From contig JAYWCB010000011.1 of the NCBI GenBank assembly GCA_043780835.1, positions 26,767 to 90,766 on the forward strand: a stretch of DNA of 64,000 nt, read 5' to 3'. The notes below the pieces were generated by a model that worked only from the letters and a program-made list of their open reading frames with translations, searched no databases and was not told where the DNA came from. This stretch comes from Minisyncoccota bacterium. Its GTDB lineage: Bacteria > Patescibacteriota > Minisyncoccia > Phycocordibacterales > UBA2100. Numbering within the stretch: the first letter of the stretch is position 1; the number at the start of each line of letters is the position of its first letter. Positions 1 through 9,949 of the stretch are shown piece by piece. Both the position numbers and the translations under genes were made by a program.

Positions 1-2120
<2,120 letters not shown>

Positions 2121-2121
2121 T

Positions 2122-3546
2122 ATGGATCTTACTACGCTCACCATCGCCGAAGCGCGACGCGCGCTCGACGAAAAAGAATATTCAGCGCTCGACCTCACCA
2201 ATGCGTACCTCAAAGCCATTGATGAGAAAGATGGCGATATCCATGCGTACTTGGAAGTCTGGGTTGATAGTGCTCGCGCAGAAGCCCGTGCTGCCGACGA
2301 GCGAATTGCTCGGGGAGAAAGTGCGGCGCTCACCGGTATACCGATTGCAATCAAAGACAATATGCTTATCGAAGGGCGACGCGTAAGCGCTGCTTCAAAG
2401 ATTTTGGAGCACTATGTAGCAACCTACGACGCCACCGTCATACAAAAACTGAAGGCACAGGGTGCCGTGTTTCTTGGCCGCACAAATATGGACGAATTCG
2501 CGATGGGAAGCTCGACGGAAACATCTGCGTTCGGTACGACAAAAAATCCTCGCGACCTTACTCGAGTTCCCGGCGGATCCTCGGGTGGTTCTGCCGCTGC
2601 AGTAGCAGGGAATCTTGCGCTCGTGTCGCTCGGCTCCGATACCGGCGGTTCTATTCGCCAACCGGCATCACTGACCGGAATCGTCGGCATGAAACCCACA
2701 TACGGAGAGGTCTCACGATTCGGTCTGATGGCGCTTTCTTCATCACTTGATCAAATCGGACCATTCGGTAAAACCGTAGACGATGTTCGTATAGTGTTTG
2801 ATGCAATCCGTGGCCACGACTCAAACGACAGCACCTCGCTGCCGGCAGGCTATTCGCAAATCCCCGTGGAAAATCAAAAAGTGCTCGGCGTGCCACGCGC
2901 ATTCCTCGAAACGGGATCAGATTCGGACGTGCTACTTCGCTTTGAAGAAACGCTCGAGAAGCTGCGCTCAAAAGGATATGAGATTCGCGACATCGAAATG
3001 CCGAACTTGCCCTATTCACTTGCGGTTTACTACATTATTCAACCGGCAGAAGCCTCGACCAATCTTGCGCGCTATGACGGCATCCGCTATGGGATGTCGG
3101 TGCCGGCGGAGACGATCGGAGATGTGTATGAAAAAACACGGGGCGCGGGATTTGGTCGGGAGGTTCGGCGTCGCATTCTGATCGGTACATTTGTACTCTC
3201 ATCCGGTTACGCGGACGCATACTATCGAAAAGCGAGGGACGTGCGCGCTAGCATCCGTAAGGAATTTGAAGATGTGTTTGCAAGCGGCATTGATGCGGTG
3301 GTCACACCTACCACACCGTCTCCTGCATTTAAATTCGGCGCCAAAACCGATCCTGTCTCTATGTATGCAGAAGACGTGTTTGCGGTACCGCTTAATCTTG
3401 CGGGTGTTCCCGGTGTGTCAGTACCATGCGGGAGTGTTACGCGCGACGATGTGCAGCTGCCTGTGGGATTTCAAATTGTTGCAGCGCACGGCAATGATGA
3501 CTTGTTGTTCAAAATCGGCAGCGATGTAGAAAACAGCGCGCTATAA
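2122..3546 (+). CDS. gatA: Glutamyl-tRNA(Gln) amidotransferase subunit A (amidase family)
   Basis: Amidase signature GGSSGGSAAAVA and a GSDTGGSIRQPA motif over about 475 aa. The true start is the ATG at 2122 (MDLTTLTIAEARRAL); the ORF-track extension from 1825 overlaps gatC in another frame and is rejected. Confidence 0.9.
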   Translation: MDLTTLTIAEARRALDEKEYSALDLTNAYLKAIDEKDGDIHAYLEVWVDSARAEARAADERIARGESAALTGIPIAIKDNMLIEGRRVSAASKILEHYVATYDATVIQKLKAQGAVFLGRTNMDEFAMGSSTETSAFGTTKNPRDLTRVPGGSSGGSAAAVAGNLALVSLGSDTGGSIRQPASLTGIVGMKPTYGEVSRFGLMALSSSLDQIGPFGKTVDDVRIVFDAIRGHDSNDSTSLPAGYSQIPVENQKVLGVPRAFLETGSDSDVLLRFEETLEKLRSKGYEIRDIEMPNLPYSLAVYYIIQPAEASTNLARYDGIRYGMSVPAETIGDVYEKTRGAGFGREVRRRILIGTFVLSSGYADAYYRKARDVRASIRKEFEDVFASGIDAVVTPTTPSPAFKFGAKTDPVSMYAEDVFAVPLNLAGVPGVSVPCGSVTRDDVQLPVGFQIVAAHGNDDLLFKIGSDVENSAL

Positions 3547-3554
3547 TCTGAAGG

Positions 3555-4256
3555 ATGGAACCACACTCCACCGCGCACGGCGTCGGATGGCTCGTCGGCT
3601 ATATTGGCGACGTGGTCTTTCGTTATGTTCCGGCAACGCTTGCGGTGCTATCCGGTAATGTGCCCGATGTAGGCATCGTAAATCCGATCACTCAGCCGAT
3701 TACACAACCGGTTACCACTGATCAACTGATCAATTTTCTAAGCCTGACTTCGCAGCCGGGCTACATAGACGAACTCTATCGATGGTGGGGAACGTGGGTG
3801 GTAATTTCAGTATTGTTTTCGCTGTTCCTCACCGCGGGGACCATTTATTCTGTCATCCGCATTCTTCAAATTCGAAAACATGAAGAAAACAGATTTGCAG
3901 CCGCGGCGCACCCGGTAGCAGCGCATGACATACCCAAAGCGCAGTTACGATGGAACAGAATCAAAGAAGAGATTTCTTCCGAGAGCGAACAAAGCTGGCG
4001 TCTCGCTATACTCGAAGGCGACATCATGTTGAACGAATTGCTGGACCTACTCGCGTATCGTGGCGAGACCATGGCAGATAAAATGAAACAGGTAGAGCGC
4101 GCGGATTGGAAAACCATCGATCTCGCATGGGAAGCGCATCGGATGCGAAATGCGATCGCACACCAGGGTTCCATGCAGCGGTTGAGCGATCGTGAAGCCC
4201 GTCGGGTGATCGGTCTCTACGAGCAGGTGTTTAAGGAATTTAAATTCATAGAATAA
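3555..4256 (+). CDS. Hypothetical membrane-anchored protein with HEPN-like C-terminal region
   Basis: One predicted TM helix (WWGTWVVISVLFSLFLTAGTIYSVIRIL) is followed by an alpha-helical C-terminal region carrying an Rx4-6H motif (RMRNAIAH), as in HEPN/DUF4145-type domains. No confident family match by eye. Confidence 0.5.
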   Translation: MEPHSTAHGVGWLVGYIGDVVFRYVPATLAVLSGNVPDVGIVNPITQPITQPVTTDQLINFLSLTSQPGYIDELYRWWGTWVVISVLFSLFLTAGTIYSVIRILQIRKHEENRFAAAAHPVAAHDIPKAQLRWNRIKEEISSESEQSWRLAILEGDIMLNELLDLLAYRGETMADKMKQVERADWKTIDLAWEAHRMRNAIAHQGSMQRLSDREARRVIGLYEQVFKEFKFIE

Positions 4257-4264
4257 CAAAATGG

Positions 4265-4303
4265 ACCACACAAAAAGCCGCTTCATAAGCGGCTTTTTGT
4301 GTG
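4265..4303. terminator. Bidirectional rho-independent terminator between convergent genes
   Basis: The perfect hairpin CCACACAAAAAGCCGCTTCATAAGCGGCTTTTTGTGTGG has T-runs on both strands and sits between the 3' ends of 3555..4256 (+) and 4317..4754 (-). Confidence 0.65.
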
Positions 4304-4316
4304 GTGCGCTAATTCG

Positions 4317-4754
4317 TTAGAGATCGGAATTCGAGTTTTCGCTATCACTTGTTCCCGACGGTGCTTTGCAGGCGGCGGCTGCTGTGCGGAACTTTGCCCA
4401 GGCAGAACTTCGTGCGCTCTGCCACGTCTTGCGTGCTGATTTCTCGGATGCGTTAAATGTTGACCACGCCGTTTTTACAGCAGTTCGAACGCTCTGAACA
4501 GTCGTCCCGGTATACGCCTGTTGAAGTGCGGTTGCGCGTGCGCTGTACGCAGCGTTTGATGCTGCGGAAGACGCTGTCATTGCTGTATCAATTGCAGTTT
4601 CCCGAGCGTTTACCGCTGCGCCCACGCACGCAATTTTTGCAGTTGCGTTTGGTTTCATAGACGTGCTTGAGGACGCGGTTTCAGCGAATGCAGGGCTCAC
4701 GAGTAATGCGGAGAGAGCGAATGTTGCAACGGCGGTACGAATTATTTTTTTCAT
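4317..4754 (-). CDS. Small secreted Ala/Ser/Thr-rich protein (signal peptide)
   Basis: It starts at MKKIIRTAVATFALSALLVSPAFA, a classical signal peptide. The upstream in-frame ATG at 4799 is an unlikely start. Low-complexity Ala-rich mature part; no family assignable. Confidence 0.5.
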   Translation of the reverse strand: MKKIIRTAVATFALSALLVSPAFAETASSSTSMKPNATAKIACVGAAVNARETAIDTAMTASSAASNAAYSARATALQQAYTGTTVQSVRTAVKTAWSTFNASEKSARKTWQSARSSAWAKFRTAAAACKAPSGTSDSENSNSDL

Positions 4755-4795
4755 GATTTCAGTTTTAGATTTTATTAGGTGTCGATCGATACTGT

Positions 4796-5110
4796 TCATG
4801 CGGGCGGTCCTCGAACGGTGCTCGTATTAGGAGATATGGTGTGTGAAGCAATAGCGGCATCTGCGATAGTGCTTGAACGTGAGGAAAACGCGCCGATATG
4901 GAGGGTATTGTGTGAGACGTACACAAGCTTTTCAGGAGTATCAACCCCGCGCTTGCCCAGATGCGTATTGTCGAAGAGCGATACATTCGCGCCGTCCCTG
5001 TCATCAGGTGCGAGGAGGGTTGAGAGACCTGCTGATGGCACGAGAAAGACTACAGTGAGGGCTGAGAGCGAAATGGCAATCCGAACATATACCTGCTGTA
5101 GGGATTTCAT
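4796..5110 (-). CDS. Hypothetical small secreted protein (uncertain)
   Basis: The ORF was trimmed to the internal Met (MKSLQQVYVRIAISLSALTVVFLVPSAG, signal-peptide-like) so it does not overlap tRNA-Met. An opposite-strand ORF of similar size also exists, so coding status is uncertain. Confidence 0.25.
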   Translation of the reverse strand: MKSLQQVYVRIAISLSALTVVFLVPSAGLSTLLAPDDRDGANVSLFDNTHLGKRGVDTPEKLVYVSHNTLHIGAFSSRSSTIADAAIASHTISPNTSTVRGPPA

Positions 5111-5195
5111 TCCTCGAGTATACCAAGCGACTACGCGCGTCTGCGATGCAAATTCATTGCGGGTAAAATTGCAATGTAGTACAATCCGCCCCGAT

Positions 5196-5270
5196 AGCGG
5201 GGTGGAGCAGTAGTAGCTCGCCAGGCTCATAACCTGGAGGTCGGGGGTGCAAGTCCCTCCCCCGCAACAA
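5196..5270 (+). tRNA. tRNA-Met (CAT), initiator-like
   Basis: The sequence AGCGGGGTGGAGCAG...GGCTCATAACCTGG...GGGGGTGCAAGTCCCTCCCCCGCAAC aligns closely with E. coli tRNA-fMet, including an unpaired 1:72 (A1/A72). The anticodon loop is CTCATAA and CCA is not fully encoded. Confidence 0.8.
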
Positions 5271-5272
5271 GA

Positions 5273-5308
5273 AACAAAAAACTCCCCATGTGGGGAGTTT
5301 TTTGTTTC
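5273..5308 (+). terminator. Rho-independent terminator after tRNA-Met
   Basis: AAAAAACTCCCCATGTGGGGAGTTTTTTG is a 7-bp GC-rich stem followed by a T-run. Confidence 0.7.
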
Positions 5309-5477
5309 TTAGCGGGAGCAACAGCGGAGGTGCTGCGAGAGGGACTTGCAAGGTTTTGCGTGGGAATCCGCCAGTAGGCGGGATCGCAAAACCAGGGCCG
5401 AGCGGAGATTTTCGCGACGGCGAAAATCGAGCGCTTGGCCAAGCCGTGTCGCAATACGCCGTAAAAGCCAACGCTAT

Positions 5478-5642
5478 TTACTCCGACAGCACTCCAATCA
5501 CCATCTGCGCCGTAGTCGAAATCGCAAACAGCAGAATCGCGATGATAAAAAGTTTCCACTCAAAAAAAAGCGCGAGACGGCCGATCGAATAGACAAGAAA
5601 AATGAATGTGATGGGCCAGACGAAGAACGAATTCACTGCCAT
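5478..5642 (-). CDS. Small hydrophobic membrane protein (54 aa), co-transcribed downstream of a response regulator
   Basis: Not in the ORF track (under 60 aa). It translates to MAVNSFFVWPITFIFLVYSIGRLALFFEWKLFIIAILLFAISTTAQMVIGVLSE. A perfect AGGAGG lies 9 nt upstream of the ATG, in the 20-nt gap after the response-regulator stop. Confidence 0.45.
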   Translation of the reverse strand: MAVNSFFVWPITFIFLVYSIGRLALFFEWKLFIIAILLFAISTTAQMVIGVLSE

Positions 5643-5662
5643 GATCGAACTCCACATACCTC

Positions 5663-6028
5663 CTATGCAAGGATTGAGCGGACTTTTGCGACGATTTGTT
5701 TCGGTTCAAACTCAACTTTCACCATGTAGTCAATGGCGCCAAGTTCGCGCCCTCGTTGAATGTCTTCCGGCTGTCCGAGATTTGAGAGAATAACGACGGG
5801 TATGAGTGCTAATGCAGCGTCCTCTTTCAGGGTTTGTAAGACTTCAAAGCCGTTCTTGCGAGGCAAAAGTATATCGAGCAGCACGAGATCGGGATGGACC
5901 TCCCGCGTTACCGCGACAGCTTGCTCACCGTCAAAAGCATTTGCCACCTCAAAGCCGGCATCGGATAGTTCGCGCGAAAGTATAGAAAAGATCAGTTGGT
6001 CATCCTCGACAATCAGTACTTTTTTCAT
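5663..6028 (-). CDS. Stand-alone response regulator receiver domain (CheY-like)
   Basis: MKKVLIVEDD...D (phospho-acceptor in LLDILLP)...K matches REC-domain residues. At 121 aa it has no output domain. The start was trimmed to the Met preceded by AAGG. Confidence 0.8.
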   Translation of the reverse strand: MKKVLIVEDDQLIFSILSRELSDAGFEVANAFDGEQAVAVTREVHPDLVLLDILLPRKNGFEVLQTLKEDAALALIPVVILSNLGQPEDIQRGRELGAIDYMVKVEFEPKQIVAKVRSILA

Positions 6029-6094
6029 AGGTACCTTACAGTATAGCCCCTCCGGAGGGGGATTCCACAAGCACACAATTTGTAGAATCCTGGC

Positions 6095-6322
6095 CTATCT
6101 CTGAGTTGTGCTTGACGTCGACGTGCCAACAGTTCGCAATGGCACACCCATACCGGTATACACCTGCAGTCGAGGAAAATCATAGGTGCGCATTATATTT
6201 TTTGTATCCTGCATATCCTGATATTGCATTCCCAGATAGAAAAATAATACCGGTATCAGACCGACGAACACGATAATTGCCAGCATGCGCGAAACAGGAG
6301 TTACTTCGTGCCAGTTGACCAT
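6095..6322 (-). CDS. Hypothetical small membrane protein
   Basis: A 75-aa ORF with one clear TM helix (LAIIVFVGLIPVLFFYLGM). It has no homology signal I can recognise. Confidence 0.3.
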   Translation of the reverse strand: MVNWHEVTPVSRMLAIIVFVGLIPVLFFYLGMQYQDMQDTKNIMRTYDFPRLQVYTGMGVPLRTVGTSTSSTTQR

Positions 6323-6353
6323 GAAGAAAGTATAGCGCCTTTCTGCTTTTCGT

Positions 6354-7205
6354 TTATTGCGCCCAGATGACGAAGGTCATGACTTTGGTGTCATTACCGA
6401 GATCGCGAATATACAGCGATTCCTTGCCGTCTCGGGATGTGCGAATGACCTTGCCCCATTCTGCTGCGTTCTCGAAATCATCACTCTGAGCTACAGCTGA
6501 TGCTCGTGACGCTTTCGACAGTGAAACGGTAGTGTTTGTATCGAGGTGTGCATAGATCAAACCGAGCTCCTCGTAATCATGCGTGTTGGGATGCTCGTTG
6601 CTCAGTCCATAATCAAATCCATTGTAGATACCGCCCGCCGGCGCATTTGTGTAATCCATGCATGTACCAAGGTTCGTGTTGGCAAAAGCCTCGTCTTGAT
6701 GATCAAGGCCAAAGGTGTGCGCAATTTCCTGACACATCACCATATTGCGCCACGCGGATGTATTGTATTTCGCTGTATTGAAGTACGTGTCATTCAACTT
6801 TGCCGTGCCCTGAGTAATGTGCGTACCGCTTATCGAAATTTGCGCGATTCCAAGCCATCCGGTATTTCCGTAGGAGTTGTTGCACACTTGTACGGTGCCC
6901 GAAATCGCTCTGCAATTTCTCGCAGTGGTACCGCCTGGTACAACGGTCGTGTGGAGTGCTTGTGCGATACCTGCGCCAGGATAGAGAACGCTTGGATCCG
7001 CATTCCAGTCATTCGCTGCACTGCGAAGGTATGCGTCCCATACTCCGCCTACATTGTCGCCGAGTTTGAGCGTGAACGGCGTTGCCGTACGAGCCCAATG
7101 ATAACCGCCCCACGAATGGCTCGCCTCCGCTGTGAGAGCGACACCGCATACTGCCATTATAAGTAACGCTACCGAGCTACCCGCAACAATTCGAGATGTA
7201 TTCAT
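6354..7205 (-). CDS. Secreted zinc metalloprotease, metzincin-type (HExxHxxGxxH)
   Basis: The HEIAHTFGLDH motif is an extended zinc-binding consensus. The start was trimmed to MNTSRIVAGSSVALLIMAVCGVALTAEA (signal peptide); the ORF-track start at 7439 adds an implausible 78-aa leader. Confidence 0.7.
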   Translation of the reverse strand: MNTSRIVAGSSVALLIMAVCGVALTAEASHSWGGYHWARTATPFTLKLGDNVGGVWDAYLRSAANDWNADPSVLYPGAGIAQALHTTVVPGGTTARNCRAISGTVQVCNNSYGNTGWLGIAQISISGTHITQGTAKLNDTYFNTAKYNTSAWRNMVMCQEIAHTFGLDHQDEAFANTNLGTCMDYTNAPAGGIYNGFDYGLSNEHPNTHDYEELGLIYAHLDTNTTVSLSKASRASAVAQSDDFENAAEWGKVIRTSRDGKESLYIRDLGNDTKVMTFVIWAQ

Positions 7206-7296
7206 ATGCGCATCATTGTATGCCTCGAATTCTCTGTTGTCATTATCAAAACAAATCAGGCCTTCATCTAGTCCCGACGCAGAGTGACTCATGCTC

Positions 7297-7847
7297 GCAA
7301 GTGAGGGGACTCGGTCACGAATCACTAAGTATTTTCTTCGCAAACTCGAAAATACTAAGTGTTCTCGACCCCGACTCAGCCCTTCTTCGGCCCCCGGCCG
7401 CGGGCTTCTGTCTTTCGAGTCCGCGTTTACAAGAAGCAAACCAAAAGGTCACCCTTTAAGGTGACCTTTTGACTTGCTAGCGCGGGCTGGTGGACGATGT
7501 TAGAACCGAAATAATGAAATCCGAAAGGAGTGTGGCTGAGAAGGGTATACTTCATATATGGGCATATCTTCTGAAATTGGACCGCTGATCGTTGGCTCAC
7601 TAGTATTCATGCTCTTCATCGCACCTTTCGTTTTAGCTCTTGCACTACTCTCGCACGGTGTAAAGCGAAAATCATATGTGCACTTCGGCGCGGGCATTGG
7701 GCTGCTCCTTCTTTCATGGTTTTTCTTATTGCCATTCTTTTTTGGTAAGAATTGAGGTGATTTTTTCAAGGAGTTGCCAGCTTAAAGTGACGCGACTCGG
7801 TCAAGCGCTCAAAATGTTGCCGTCGCAAGTGATGGGACTCGGTCAGG
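7297..7847. repeat. Three dispersed copies of a ~23-bp repeat resembling the 3' end of tRNA-Asp
   Basis: The three copies share the core AAGTGAnGGGACTCGGTCA; the third reads GCAAGTGATGGGACTCGGTCAGG. All have the same orientation as the tRNA-Asp 3' end (TGCGCAAGTGACGGGACTCGAACC at 8002..8025). Confidence 0.45.
7443..7470. terminator. Hairpin terminator downstream of the metalloprotease gene
   Basis: AAAAGGTCACCCTTTAAGGTGACCTTTT is a perfect 7-bp stem flanked by A/T runs and is usable on either strand. Confidence 0.5.
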
Positions 7848-7966
7848 AATAATTCAGTTGCCGTCGCAACTGAATTTTCACGACCCTGGCTCGCGATTCG
7901 CCGTGCTCGGCTCATATCGCTCCGCCTTTCGAGTCCCGTCGCCGCTTACGCGGCTTCAGTCATATG

Positions 7967-7995
7967 AAAATAGCCGGCAGGAAGCCGGCCATTTT
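7967..7995 (-). terminator. Putative terminator hairpin just 3' of tRNA-Asp
   Basis: AAAATAGCCGGCAGGAAGCCGGCCATTTT has palindromic GCCGGC arms. On the minus strand it is followed by a T-rich run. Confidence 0.35.
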
Positions 7996-8001
7996 CAATG
8001 A

Positions 8002-8077
8002 TGCGCAAGTGACGGGACTCGAACCCGCAGCCTCTCCCGTGACAGGGGAGTGCTCTAACCAATTGAGCTACACCTGC
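8002..8077 (-). tRNA. tRNA-Asp (GTC)
   Basis: The minus-strand sequence GCAGGTGTAGCTCAATTGGTTAGAGCACTCCCCTGTCACGGGAGAGGCTGCGGGTTCGAGTCCCGTCACTTGCGCA has a 7-bp acceptor stem, anticodon loop CTGTCAC and a T-loop GTTCGAGTC. Confidence 0.85.
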
Positions 8078-8134
8078 ATTTTGGCGAATCATATGACCCG
8101 CAACGGGCACAGAATACAACGAATCTGACTGATC

Positions 8135-8383
8135 TCAAACCTTTTGAACGCCCCAGAAGTACTTCACGACATCGAATCCCGACACCAGCGCCCATACCGC
8201 ATTGATCGCCATAAACGGAAGCGATCCGAGGTGTGACGCATATATCAACAAACCCATGGATGCGACAAAGTTCAACGCATCGTACAGGATGCTATCCGCG
8301 GTGAGTTTGCCGTATTCATTGCCGACGAACGCAATCAGTGTAAGTAGTGCGGAAACGGCTCCCACAATTTCGATCATTTCCAT
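8135..8383 (-). CDS. Hypothetical small membrane protein (2 TM)
   Basis: Trimmed to MEMIEIVGAVSALLTLIAFVG... so it does not overlap tRNA-Met at 8407..8478. Two hydrophobic helices. Confidence 0.4.
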   Translation of the reverse strand: MEMIEIVGAVSALLTLIAFVGNEYGKLTADSILYDALNFVASMGLLIYASHLGSLPFMAINAVWALVSGFDVVKYFWGVQKV

Positions 8384-8406
8384 GGGTACATTGTACCTGT
8401 TTTTTG

Positions 8407-8478
8407 TGCCGGAGGACGGGAACGATCCGTCGACCTGACGCTTATGAAACGTCCGCTCTACCACTGAGCTACCCCGGC
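8407..8478 (-). tRNA. tRNA-Met (CAT) elongator, or tRNA-Ile(CAT, lysidine) - not distinguishable by eye
   Basis: The minus-strand sequence GCCGGGGTAGCTCAGTGGTAGAGCGGACGTTTCATAAGCGTCAGGTCGACGGATCGTTCCCGTCCTCCGGCA has fully paired 1:72 and anticodon CAT. Confidence 0.8.
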
Positions 8479-8731
8479 GTTCATCGAAAAGTACTACACT
8501 TCAGACCCGCTATCAACCCGAGAATTTTGTATTTTAAATGAGTGCTAGGTAAAATGAGAAATCAGTATGTCCTTTTTGGTATACTGTCGGTATGAACCTC
8601 ATCTATACATTTCTTAAAACAATACTCGATTTTTTTGTGCAAATAATCATGCTGTTTATCAGTATGTTCGTTTACATTCTGCACTTCATCGGTGCTCTCA
8701 TTCAAAGCCTTGCGCATTCCGTCTAAGCGAT

Positions 8732-9322
8732 ATGTCACTTTTCTCGCGCGGTGTGCCGTCGCCGGAGCATCCGGAGCGGAAAAGTAGTCTCATTTTTGAG
8801 GTGTTTAAATACACGATCATTTCCTTGATCATCGTCGCACCATTCCGCCTTTACATAGCTCAACCGTTCATAGTGTCGGGTCTGTCGATGAGCAGCACCC
8901 TCATGCCCAAAGAGTATCTGATTGTCGACCAATTGACCTATCGCAGCGAAACACCTGCGCGCGGAGATGTGGTGATTTTTAAATATCCGTTGGATCCGAG
9001 CGTGTATTTTGTAAAGCGTATTATCGGCTTGCCGGGTGAGACAATTCGTATTGATCACGCGGTAGTCACGGTGCAGGGTGCTTCTTCGAGCGCACCGATT
9101 CGACTTGATGAGCCGTATGTCTCTTCAGTTGCAAACCAAACTGCGCCGAGCGAGATCAAACTCGCTGCTGATGAATATTTTGTTCTCGGCGATAATAGAA
9201 AGGAAAGTTCAGATTCTCGCATATGGGGACCTCTGCAGCGTAAATTTATTGTCGGACGCGCATTCGCGCGCATATTTCCGCTCACACGCGCAGTATTATT
9301 TCCCGGCGAACATCGTTTTTAA
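8732..9322 (+). CDS. lepB: Signal peptidase I (S26 family)
   Basis: An N-terminal TM anchor is followed by catalytic-Ser box GLSMSSTL, Lys box YFVKRIIGLPGE, and GDNRKESSDSRIWGP (boxes D/E). Confidence 0.85.
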   Translation: MSLFSRGVPSPEHPERKSSLIFEVFKYTIISLIIVAPFRLYIAQPFIVSGLSMSSTLMPKEYLIVDQLTYRSETPARGDVVIFKYPLDPSVYFVKRIIGLPGETIRIDHAVVTVQGASSSAPIRLDEPYVSSVANQTAPSEIKLAADEYFVLGDNRKESSDSRIWGPLQRKFIVGRAFARIFPLTRAVLFPGEHRF

Positions 9323-9423
9323 CACACATCGTTCGACGTGAAGACGCTATCCACATGGAAGCAGTCTGAAACAACGTACGCAACTACAGAGACGCGTTAT
9401 ACTGAACGTTACGATCTTTCTAT

Positions 9424-9900
9424 ATGTCGTCTTTTTTACAACGCCTCAAATCAAAAGATGTAATCCCTGGTGCACCGGAAGATAAAAAGCAGGAAAAAGT
9501 CGCGCTGCAAGTCGAGAAATCGCCCGGGAGTCCCTCGACCGACGAGCAGCTTGCGGTCGACATCTACAAAATTCCGGGAGCAATCATCATTTACGCACAA
9601 CTCGCCGGGTCGAACATCGAAGACTATGGCGTCACCATCGAAGGGGACGGCGACATCGTCACGATAAAGGGTGAGCGCAAGCGGCCGCAAGGCGAGCACT
9701 TTCAACTTCCGACTGCTGAGGGTCGTGAGAAAATTCTTGAAGAATGCTCGTGGGGCGGATTTTACCGTCAAATCATTCTTCCGTCCGAGGTCGACTCGGA
9801 AAAGACTGAGGCAATCATGAAAGAAGGAGTGCTCATGCTGCTCCTTCCGCTCAAAAGCGGACAGGGTAACGGTATCCGTATTCGGGTCAATAAAGCTTGA
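9424..9900 (+). CDS. Hsp20/alpha-crystallin family small heat-shock protein
   Basis: The alpha-crystallin domain pattern AVDIYKIPGAIIIYAQLAGSNIEDYGVTIEGD.VTIKGERK...ECSWGGFYRQIILPSEVD...MKEGVLMLLLPL is present. Confidence 0.8.
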   Translation: MSSFLQRLKSKDVIPGAPEDKKQEKVALQVEKSPGSPSTDEQLAVDIYKIPGAIIIYAQLAGSNIEDYGVTIEGDGDIVTIKGERKRPQGEHFQLPTAEGREKILEECSWGGFYRQIILPSEVDSEKTEAIMKEGVLMLLLPLKSGQGNGIRIRVNKA

Positions 9901-9949
9901 TCACAATCGAGTCTGTTTTCGCGTTACGCGAAACGCTTCACACATTTGC

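Noticed and set aside
4779-5230. Overlapping + and - ORFs of 144 aa covering tRNA-Met (5196..5270)
   Set aside because: Both overlap a high-confidence tRNA. Only the trimmed minus-strand portion (4796..5110) with a signal-peptide-like start was kept, at low confidence.
7500-7769. Overlapping ORFs 7558..7755 (+, 65 aa, 2 TM) and 7500..7769 (-, 89 aa) in the repeat-rich intergenic region
   Set aside because: Neither has a convincing RBS at the right spacing. The region is dense in short repeats and tRNA-like fragments, so coding status cannot be supported from sequence alone.
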